DNA of 63,809 nucleotides, counting the filler, from Klebsormidium nitens (lineage: Eukaryota > Plantae > Klebsormidiophyceae), in the NCBI GenBank assembly GCA_000708835.1. It is 6 parts of 6 records of this genome, joined end to end, with 100 filler letters (N's around TTAATTAATTAA, not from the genome) between each part and the next. Parts side by side here need not be neighbours in the genome. Positions count along the whole stretch, not along the records: positions 21,558 to 39,965 come from DF237951.1; 5 more parts are not named here. One strand, 5' to 3'. The translations under genes and the position numbers were made by a program. Every line of letters starts with the position of its first letter. Within the stretch, counting starts at the first letter, position 1. The notes beneath the pieces are model-generated. The model did no database searches. It was not told the origin of the DNA and was given only the letters and a program-made list of their open reading frames with translations. Below are positions 24,178 through 34,148 of this stretch, one piece after another.

Positions 24178-24752
24178 TGTTGAGATCCGGGATTCGATGT
24201 GCGCGATCTCTTGGGTGACGTCGACGGGAGTTCGACGGAAACCGGTTAGCGGTGTTGGGTGGGCGGATTACTAGGCTAAGTAAGCCCGAATGTCCTACAT
24301 TAGTTCGAAGCCGTTCGATTCAGGTTTAAGGTCCGATTGTCGACGTCACGAATTGCGAGTCAGTTGTTGAGTTTTATCGCCCATATCGACGGTAGGATGC
24401 ATGTCCCGTGGTGGTCCAGATTGGCTCAATTTGGACCAAGTGACGGTTAGATCGAGTATCGATGGTTTGATTTGTAGGTGTCCGAATTTGGAGTCAAATT
24501 GAGGCAGCCGTTGGATTGGACATCGTCGCGTTAGAGAAATTGGTACGAAATTGGTTGATATAGGAGTAGAATCAATTTCAGAGAACCGTGGATCGGAATT
24601 AGACTCATATAAGCCGTAGGTTAGTGGGTAGGGTCGGAACCCGTGGTCACTAGGGTAGCTAGTTCCGAGTCCTAGCTATGATCTTGAACAATAACACGCT
24701 GTGTGCACTCATTCCTAGTATTTGTGAACTTCAAAAGCGCTTGCTTTCAACA
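24178..24752 (+). repeat. Copia LTR (575 bp)
   Basis: Starts TGTTG and ends CAACA. Preceded by a PPT and followed by the PBS-like GGTTATGTCCCAC. The 5' end TGTTGAGATCCGGGA is shared with the LTR at 59653. Confidence 0.85.
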
Positions 24753-25332
24753 GGTTATGTCCCACGACGCTAGGAAGTGGGAACGGTAGTAAGCCGCTGA
24801 TAGCAACGACAATTCTAGGTTGGTGAAAGGTATTCCAGTGGGGGCTAAAGGAGTGGAGTAATACTCTATCTCGCGACGCTCGTAAAATTTCCCACAAACC
24901 TTTTTCGGCACAAAGGAGTGCCCAGCCCAAGAAGCGTTAGTTGGCTAGCGATGAAGATGGTTGAAGGAGTTTTGGAAAGGGGTCACGGATCCGGCCGGTG
25001 ATGCGGAGAGGACCAAGGAAGCAAGAGGTTTGAGAGGCTTGCACGTCCGGCAACAGCACCTAGGGGCAATCTTAGCAGCTCGGAATGCCAAGGTAGCTTG
25101 AAATGCGTTGAAAACTAGCTACAAGAGCAAGAGTGCGGCTCGGAACTTGCAACTTCGGCATGAGTTGAGCACCCTCAAGATGCACTCCGGTGAGTCCGTT
25201 GCCGCCTATGTGCGTAGAGCCCGGGATTTGCTAGCCGTCGGCTCCAACATGAAGCTGGATGATCTATCCTTTAGCGTGCTTGCCGGGTTGACAAACCGGT
25301 TTGAGGGGGTAGCAACGGTGTTGACAGGCTAG
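24753..25332 (+). mobile_element. Copia PBS, leader and gag fragment
   Basis: The PBS is followed by ...LKTSYKSKSAARNLQLRHELSTLKMHSGESVAAYVRRARDL, a UBN2-type Copia gag, truncated at ~25330. Confidence 0.8.
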
Positions 25333-25410
25333 TACCACCCAAATCGAACACCCTGTCACTAGCCTGCCACGAGCATCATAATAATTGTTTTTTTATTTCC
25401 CTCTACATCC

Positions 25411-25857
25411 TATTGAAATACAGGGGACCGAATATCTGATAATCCTAGGGTTTTAGAATCACAACGTCGACGGTCATTTGACTGTAACTAGTAGCTACTA
25501 TGATAGGGTTAAGTGCGCAAGGATTCAACATTACATCCGAATGACTTGGCGATAACCGTCGACATTGTGTAGGTTCAAATGATCATAGGCGTCGAGGTAC
25601 GATGTAGAGTGAGATGTTTAAACTTACTAAGTTATGGTCCACAGAGCCTACTAGATAGATGTAGAGATAGGCCGTAACCCAAAACCCTCCACATACAGGT
25701 GAACCTCAATGGTATAATAACACCTCAAACAACGCAGTGTTTGAGAGGGTTATGGGCCCACGGCACTAGGGAGGAACGATCAACCAAAGGTGCTCTCCGC
25801 GTCGTGACAACGTTGGTAAAAAAAGCGGTCTTTTTAACTCGCAGCCATTCGATAGGG
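25411..25857 (+). mobile_element. Degenerate LTR plus PBS of another Copia copy
   Basis: PBS GGTTATGGGCCCAC at 25748-25761. The flanking AACAACGC.GTGTTT...CCCACGGC.CT.AGG.AGGAA...CCAA.GGTGCTCT resembles 59978-60045. The left boundary is approximate. Confidence 0.6.
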
Positions 25858-25951
25858 TGTTGTAAGAGTATAGTCCAGCTGGTAGCGCGCTTGGTTTAAG
25901 TACGGGATTTGTGACGTCGGCGTGACGTCAGCACGGTCCGTACTTACAACA
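25858..25951. mobile_element. Internally deleted copy of the TGTTG...CAACA fold-back element
   Basis: TGTTGTAAG is fused to a spacer remnant (AGTATAGT) and a complete right arm nearly identical to 22467-22543. Confidence 0.8.
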
Positions 25952-26049
25952 ACTTCACGCTTAGCTAGAAATTACTACGTGAAGCTTATCTAACGACAAT
26001 AGTTTTGAGAGTGATCTAAGTTGCTCAAAAAGTAAGGCTTTCCATGCTT

Positions 26050-29000
26050 CTTTAAGAGTACGTTTTGCGAGTTGCCAAAGCGGAAGCGGGCAACGAATTA
26101 TTGCTACAAATGTGATGTTCTATTTGTATCGCTTCCCCTTACAACTAGTAAACATCTTTAACCCAGAATCTACCACGTACCACCACTTCAAAGTCTCCGT
26201 TCGCGGCCTTCGTCTGATGATGCAAGAAAATCTACAGTTAACGTGCCAGGAGGCGCCAAGGTTGAGAACCTAATCATTGACATCGCTTACTCGCCTTCGC
26301 GCTGTTGCTGCACAGAGGACCGGAAAGGGGCATCTTAGCTCGAATATTTCTAAACGTTTGGACGTTCCACTACCGGCTGTAGCTTTCACGACATACTTGG
26401 CTACCATTAGAAAAGCGTCTACTCGTCATTGCGGAGAATTTCAAGGATCCTATCAAGATGAGGAACAGCAGCTAGACGCCTCGCAGGGACCTTTATTTCC
26501 GTCAGAGCGCGGAACTTGATCGTGCCAACCTTCGGCGACTCCGGCCAAATGGAAGAAAACGAAACTCTTAAAGCGAGGTAGAAAAGTCGAAGGACATGAC
26601 TTCAGACGGGTCAACTTGACGTCAACGCCCTTCAGGTCAGATCGAAGCAAGCTTGTCGAGAAGCGGCCGAATCCGATCATGAGTTCGCGAGCAGGTCTGG
26701 CACTCAAAACTTTTCGATTGAACGTATGGTGCTTCATGTCAAGAAACTAGCTCCCAAATTAAAGCATTGGTGTCAATCCCTTGGACCAACCAAGGCCAAA
26801 GACTGTGATCATCAAGTGCAATCCACTTGGGCTTTCAGTCCGAGACAAGTTCGTCCAACCTTCCGACTAAGACAAACGCAAAGCTTAAGAAACGCTTAAT
26901 AGCTTAGCGTGCTGTGATATCAAAACGACGGTACTTTGCTTCTTGCTAAGGCTGTCGTCACTAGCCATTGTGGAGCAGGTATGGTCCTTAATCGCACCGC
27001 ATTCCGTGATGTCGTGGATTATGAGCGAAAGGCGGCGGTTGAACACTCCGTTGCCTATCATTATGCCGTCAACGAGCATGATGTAGTCCTTGTTGATCAC
27101 GCCTTCGGTCATCGTGGCCAGCTGGTCTTGAGGCAAAAGCTCAAAGAACGCCTCGATCGACTGCATGCCGAGCAACTTTGCAGCGCAGGCGCAAAGATTG
27201 TGCCATGGCACTTCTGATCGTCCTCTGCAGCACACAATCGGAGGAAATTGTAAGCGTCAGCTTCTTGACGACGTGTGAAAGCGAAGTAAAGCTATGCACA
27301 CGGAAAGGACGGTTGTGCCTGATACTGCTTGTCGCGTTAAAAGCGCATGTTCCTTGATACGTTATGATAGCCTGATATTCGCGACTCCGACTGACAAGTC
27401 AGTGTGAGATTGAGTTGCTGCAGACTTGATCAGGCTCCGATCCAAACACGATCCATAATCGATTTCGTCGGGCAGGAAAGAGGCTTTTCATTTGTCACCG
27501 CTGATGATTTGACAGGGCCTGCTGAGGAGCAAGTCGATGGCATTCTGGTGAAGTCATCGCAGCCACGATCTAGTCACGGCAGCAAGGGAAAAACTCACCG
27601 AACTCAAGGCCGACCTTCAGGATCGCCGAATTGCAAATGCCGCTGGTGTGGCCAGAAACACAAGCGGACTCGCGGATGTCGGTTCCTGCGTTGTACACAG
27701 ACTTCACCTTCTTGCCGCAGTCCAGGCAGAGACAGAGCGGCTCCACCGAGATCGACGCGATCTTCCCTGCTAGATACATGAAGGCAATTTTGCACCAGAG
27801 GAACTTAGATGGTTTGTGGCATACCTAGTTTTTGCTCTAAGACGATGGAGCTACCAGATGAGAGAGCGAAGCGCGCAGTAATAGGGCGGCCCGTATTCTA
27901 ACTAGGCGTGGTTTACGAAAAAATCCAGTTTTTAAAAGGTGGCAACCTCACTCTTCTGTTCTTGAGAAGTCTTATTGACGAATCGGAACGGTCGACGAAA
28001 ACCGTTTGAAAAGTGATGGATGCGGACGATCAAGTACGTTTTGAAAGAAGCACAAGTTTGAAGCGACGCTCATATAAAGAGGGGCATCATGTTGCTGGCA
28101 AGGATCCCACTCCTCTGAATCCACAACCTCAACGACAAGAGGACGGAAGCCGAACATTGATTGTACCGGCTGGTAATACCTGGAAGATTCTACGGGCGGA
28201 GCGTTCATACGTTAGATTGCTTGGGTCCTCCATGTCCCTCGTGTCGACGACGACCTGCTCGAAGCTTCCATATGGCACATGGTGGGTCTGGCATGACGCT
28301 TGGATTCCGATGCGCCTAGTTTCTGTCGCGGCTATTGGAACGCGAGCGCCTCCCTAGTAGCTCACAAAGCCTCACTGTGCGTAGGTCACCATCAAGCACT
28401 CTACACGTTGATGTGACGCACACAATCTGATGCGGACTGACTTTCTTCTGGGATTGGATCACAAGCGCCGTGTGACTAGATCAACGACGAGAACTTTCAA
28501 TCAACATCTCAAAGCACTTTGCACATAAGAGAAAATTTCAAAGATCATTTGGAGGTGTTAGAAAACACCAGGTTTTGTTGACGCAGGAATAAAATATTTA
28601 GTCCTCAACGTCAAAGGATTCGCCCAAGAGTGGGGGCCACTGAGTGGCCCCTGGGCTGGGTACAGTCCATTTGACCGCATGAACCACTTTGTTAGGCAGC
28701 GGATCCGACTCTCGCATTCCACTCTGCTTGCGGATGATCTTGTACACAGTCTTCCGAAAGTTTGCAGCACGATCAGCGGTTGCAGTTTTGTCTGGAAGGA
28801 TCGCCATTGAAGCCATTATGATGGCTTTCTCCACACGACCAAGGTTCGTGCCTTTTAAAAACTCATCCACAATGGGACGCCAAAGACCACGCCGTCTTTC
28901 GAACCAAGCCTTGTCCAGCAACTTCCAATCCCTGCCAGCATTCTTGGTCTTGAAAATGTTCCCACGCTTGGTAACTTTGACGATGGTAGTATGCTTTATG

Positions 29001-29470
29001 AACACCATCTTGCACCCCATTGCCGCTAAACTTTCCATGACGGGCTTCATGGTGCTTTGGTGACGCCGCAGTGTGGGGTTTTGGATAGCAGCTCGTCTTT
29101 AGCTGGAAACGCTTCGAATGGCACCTTCTTGCTCAGATTACAGTGTAAACTCTACTAAGTAAATGTCCACTTCACCTTGATGAGGTCTTCAACTTGGATG
29201 CCGCCGGTTCTGACCGAGCGAATCTCTTTGGCACTAGCTTGCAGAAGTTTGAATTCAAAGTTGAGCTGGCTGGTTGCGGCGAATAGTTCCCCGACGTAGT
29301 GTATGTCGAACCAACTGTCCAAGTACTGGCACTGTAGATCCGACGGTCTAGCATAGATTATCGAGGTTCGGAATTGGCGCGCATAAACATCTCGTCAATC
29401 ATTGCCCGACACGGATTTTTGATCCCCCAGGCCGACTGTTCTCCGGCTGGAGACTTGAACCGGTCACCTT
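26050..29470 (-). pseudogene. Decayed multi-exon coding tract of unknown family
   Basis: A series of coding-like minus-strand segments broken by stops and frameshifts, e.g. MSEGDRF...; SIIYARPSDLQCQYLDSWFDIHYVGELF...EDLIK followed by a GTGAAG donor; ORFs 28598-29050, 26885-27235 and 26453-26737. Confidence 0.35.
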
Positions 29471-29756
29471 CGGACATCAAACACCCCAGAAAGACCCCGG
29501 TTCTGTACGTCGCATATTCCGCCAACGCCCCTCGACTAGTCGGCCGAGACTCGGAGGCATTGAATTCCGTCGGTCGAACACGATCGAGTCTGTCGGTATC
29601 AGGCTACCGTACAAGATCGTACAAAATCGTCCATCCGTACAAGGCTGCCGTCTGTCCGTACAAGTTCGTCTTGCCCGACGAATGTCACGTTCAAGCACCC
29701 TCGTGCATGTCAAAAGAACGAACTTCGAGGGACTATCTAGAAGCGCAAGCGTTCTC

Positions 29757-30701
29757 ATGGCGCGCACAAAGCAAACTGCGAGGAAAAGCACATGAGGCGG
29801 GGCGCCAAGGAAGCAACTGGCGACAAAAGCCGCCCGCAGGTCAGCTCCAACCACTGGGGGAAATAAGAAGCCACACAAATATCGTCCAGGCACCGTCGCT
29901 TTGCGGGAGATCAAGAAATACCAGAAGAATGTTGAGAACCTGATCAGGAGGCTCCCATTCCAGCGCCTGGTCAGGGAGATCGCCCAGGACTTCAAGAGTG
30001 ACTTGTGAGTTGTGCATTGCTGGCGCAAGGTCTTGTCAAGCTCAGACGTGGTTTGCCATGGTTTGCAATAAGGTGGAGCTCAACAAGGCATTGCATCTCT
30101 GATCTCAGTTCATTCCACAGCGGCGTTGAGAGGCAAGCGCTTGCGTCTTTTCAGGTGCCGTGTTGCTGTGTTCTTTCCTGAGGTTTGACTGTCTGAAGAG
30201 CTGAGGTGGTTGTTGAAGTTAAGATGGAGCCTTGTTGAAATCAATATCTAGCCAAGAAGGAGCGTGCTCACTTGCTGGGTTAGTTAGCAAGTGTGTTTCC
30301 CTTCACCTGTTTCTTCATGGAAGCACGTGGCGCTTGTCCTCCAGTAATGACTCCGTGCTAGGGTTTACCTGATTCTAGGCGCCAGGTGCATGTCAGGATC
30401 GTCACCTCTCCTTGAGTCTAGATGGCGCCTGACTTCCTATAACTCCAACATTGGACGTATTATCGGACCGCGAGCGCCGGGCCATGACTGATGTTAGGGT
30501 TCCTTCTCTCAGTACTTTAGTACTCCCGCTTGCAGGCGCTTTCAGGGGCAGGCGATTCTTGCACTCCAGGAGGCGGCCGAGGCCTACCTTGTGACGATCT
30601 TCGAGGACAGCAATCTCTGTGCCATCCACGCCAAGCGAGTGACCATCTTGCCCAAGGACATTCAGCTGGCAAGAAGGCTCAGGGGGGAAACACGGGTTTG
30701 A
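29757..30701 (+). pseudogene. H3: Divergent intron-containing histone H3 (H3.3-like) with premature stop
   Basis: Exons 29757-30004 and 30536-30701 give [136 protein letters not shown]. There is an in-frame TGA at 29793-29795 (G12). Confidence 0.92.
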
Positions 30702-31122
30702 GCGTCGCCTGTAGAAATCAGTTGCTTTCTTGCTCAGGTAAAAACTAGCCTGAGAGACACAAGACTGCATTGATAATTACATCCTTCATACTTGTGTTTG
30801 CATTGCTTTGCCTTCGTAGCCAGTCTCAGGAATGCCCACTTAGATAATGGATGGTCATGAATCAGACTTGTATGCTCAAAGCACTGCCAATGGATGAAGT
30901 TGCGGAGGCGAATCATTTTGGAAAAAGGAATTGACGTACCCGGCCAGAATGCAATCTCGACTTTCTTTCGGGCTACAAGCTCACAGTCCTAGGTACACAA
31001 TGTGAACCACCTGCAACATTCTATGCGTGTTCAGCATGAGTTGAGTATGTGATTCATCACTACTACGATCGTATTTACATGTCAGCATTCATGTTTTGCA
31101 GTTTGCATACTCGCGCTCCATC

Positions 31123-31653
31123 ATGGCCCCGAAGCGCCCGGCTAAAGTGGCAGCTTCCGTCGAATCAAAGCCTCCGCAACGGAAGAAGGTCGCCGGGGAG
31201 AAGGCTGACCAGACCGGCAGGCCGCCCCCTGAGAAGCTGGGGCCGGAAGCATACCCCGAGCCCCCCGAGGCCCTCTTTGACGCCCGCATCGACCTGGCTG
31301 CTACAATTGCAGCCAATGCTGCGGCACTTTATGGCGATAGCGCGATCAAGAGGCACCTCCAAGAATGGCGCGGGTTTGCGGAGAGGCAGCAAACCCAAGA
31401 CGGGCGTGTGGCGGTCCGGGTTGTTGCCGCCTTCGTGGAAGGAGAGGGGGCGTTTGGAGCAGAAGTGGCGGCCTTAGGCGGCGGAGATTCGGGTGGGGCG
31501 GGGACAAGCGAGGCAGGTGATATGAGGGCGCCCGCGGAAAAGATGCACTTGCGGTGCAAGAGCATCGGGGACCTCATGGCAGGAGGACCAGTGGGTCGAG
31601 AACTAGTGCCATTGGGGGAAGGCGATAGGCTTAGGGGGGGTTTCCGACCTTAG
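31123..31653 (+). CDS. Hypothetical protein or first exon (basic N-terminus MAPKRPAK...)
   Basis: A GC-rich 176-codon ORF with a good ATG context (CATCATGG) and an NLS-like start. No recognisable domain. Confidence 0.35.
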   Translation: MAPKRPAKVAASVESKPPQRKKVAGEKADQTGRPPPEKLGPEAYPEPPEALFDARIDLAATIAANAAALYGDSAIKRHLQEWRGFAERQQTQDGRVAVRVVAAFVEGEGAFGAEVAALGGGDSGGAGTSEAGDMRAPAEKMHLRCKSIGDLMAGGPVGRELVPLGEGDRLRGGFRP

Positions 31654-32019
31654 GGACTAAAACATCGAAATCGAATCACTTGCCTAAGCCTAAGGTTACC
31701 CCGATCACTTACAGCGTCAACCGGGCACTACTTAGGGACCTGGGTGCCGACTGTGCGCTCAATTCCCTAAGTACGAAGGTACACCGTCGAAGCTTAGGGA
31801 AATTGTACGCCAACCGGGACCTAAACGCCTAAGTTCAGTGCACTGCCCCGAACACTACTGCACATCTGCTCAAAGGCACGAGGGTGTCATGCAACGCAGA
31901 GCATGAGGACACACAAGTATGGAAGGGAGGCAGTGTCAGGAAGGCTATGCAAGGAGACACGTACTGCAGTCAGGAAAAGTGCATCTAGATTCCTGGGTCA
32001 TTTGCTGCGTATGTTGCAG

Positions 32020-33150
32020 ACGCTGGACCGCAAGGTTCGGTAGGTGGGACAAGCTACGTCCGACGGCTCTGGACCCACTAGAACTTAGGGCCTAGGGGTG
32101 AAGGTCCTCACTTATCGGAGAATTCTCGATACCAAAGCGACGGTCAAGATTGAACATGGACCGCAAACTTTGGTAGGTAGGGATCCGCTCCATCCGACGG
32201 ATCAAGACCTTTTAGATGTAAGGACTTAGGTAGAGAAGCTCCGCCCCATCGGAGCCCTTCCCGACTTTGAAGCAACGGTTCGAATTCGGTACCGCAAGAT
32301 TTGGTAGGTAAGGACCCGATCCATCGGACGGCTCTAGACCTTCTAGACGCAAGGACCTAAGTCGCAATGGTCCCCCTCATCGGAGCATTTCCTGGACCGT
32401 AAGAACGGTTCAGATCGATTCTGGACCACAAATTCTGGTAGGTAGGGAACCGCTTTATCCGACGGACACCAATTCTCAGCCTCAGGACCTAGGTCGCGAA
32501 GTACCGCCCCATTGGAGCCATTTTGCCAAATCAGAACGGTTCAAACTAGTTCGAACCGCAGGGTCGGGTCCATCTGCCGGCCTTTGACTTAGTAGACCTC
32601 ATAAGGAACTAGGTCGCGCAGGTCCGCCCCCATCGGAGCCCTTTCTAATTTGCAAGCAACGGTTCAGATTTCATCTGGACCACAGGGTGATGTAGGTGGG
32701 GACACGCTCCATCCGACCGCTTCGGACTCTATGGAAGCCAAAGACCCTAGGTCCGCGAATGGTCCGCCCCATCGGACCATTCGCCTAACCCAAGGAAGGG
32801 TTCATGTTAGAATTAGACCGCAGTGTGTTTAGGACCCACTCTATCCGACGGTTCTTATCTCATGAGAATATCTCATGAGATCGTTCGGACCTAGATCGTG
32901 ACGGTCCACCTCAGTGGACCAAAGGAACGGTTAACACTTCAATCTGGAGCACAAGGTAAGAGGAAAGGACCTGCTCCATCCGACGGCCTCAATTTGATAA
33001 GACCTCAGGATCTAGGTCGCAAAGGTCCGCCCCATCGGAGCATTTTCCTTACCCAAAGGGACGGTGCAGATTTAACTTGAACAGAAGGTCAGGTAGGTAG
33101 GTTTACAGTCCATCCGACGGCCTTTTAACTCATGAGACTAATAAGGACCT
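32020..33150. repeat. Highly diverged tandem array, ~9 units of ~115-145 bp
   Basis: An ordered motif set recurs with ~130-bp period: GGACCGCA - GGTAGGTAG - CCATCCGACGG - GGACCTAGGTCGC - GGTCCGCCCCATCGGAGC - AACGGTTCA. Confidence 0.85.
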
Positions 33151-33539
33151 ACGTCGTCAACTGGCTGCTGGACAATAGGGTGTGCATAAGACGTGGCTGA
33201 CGAGAGCTGTCTCGATGTCTGTTGAGAGTGACCTTCTGGCACACAACATTTCCTACGTATGTTCGCAGCTGTGACATCAACCGCCGTTTGAGCAACGAGT
33301 CTGGTTGGCGGCTGTTGGCATGGTTAAGCAGAGCTTCCCTGCCAAAAAAAACTTGACGATAGGGCAATCAAGTTTGTCAAGGCGTGTTATATTCAATAGC
33401 CGCTCACGAACGCAGAACACACAAAGCTCTCAGAGTGGTCCTAGGGAAGCTAAGTTGACATCTCACTTTGAAAAGCTTATAGGCATCTGGCTGCTACCCA
33501 TGTATCAGCGCACGTGACCTGACCAATATTTCTTGCAGT

Positions 33540-33662
33540 TTAGCGCTTATTGGCTTCCCCTTTTTAACTGGCTTCTATTCCAAAGATGTTATTCTTGAAT
33601 TAGCATATACAAAGTATACAGTAAGCGGCCATTTTGCATTTTGGCTTGGTAGCCTTTCTGTT
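33540..33662 (+). pseudogene. nad5: Mitochondrial nad5 fragment (NUMT)
   Basis: 123 AT-rich nt translate to [41 protein letters not shown], the hallmark [12 protein letters not shown] segment of plant-type mitochondrial Nad5. Confidence 0.9.
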
Positions 33663-34148
33663 CTAACCGCGCTGACTCGTAGCGAGAAGGCACCAAGACA
33701 ATAAAGAAAACCAGAAATCACTATGATTCTCATAAAACACCAGAAATTGATCTGTAACATTACTCGATTCGCGCACACCTTTCCTTGGTTAACGCATAGC
33801 TTAGGGAAAAAGCCTATAAAGGCACACACGCTGTACCTGCGAAATCAGGAGATCCAAGGAATGCATCCCTCGAGATCACGTTACTGGGAGCCTAGGACAT
33901 TCTGGGCGGCTGGAAAAGTAGCAGCAGCCTTGCCTTCTGCTCATTGTACCGCAAACCTATGCGTGCTACCTCCTGCCCAACTGCTCGCTATCTGGGTCGA
34001 GCCCCAGGAAGCGAGCGTGGGACCCAGCCTTGGGCCCGGTTGCTGCCATGTTCGTCAGCTGGCGGCCCTTTGTGTTTTCCTCAGCCTGCTGCCTACGCAG
34101 TCAATCCAGATTGCCCGCCTGCTCCACCAGTCCCTCATCTATTGAAAA

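Noticed and set aside
32020-33150. CRISPR-like or protein-coding interpretation of the 130-bp array
   Set aside because: There are no identical direct repeats with unique spacers and no cas genes, the context is eukaryotic, and unit lengths break frame.
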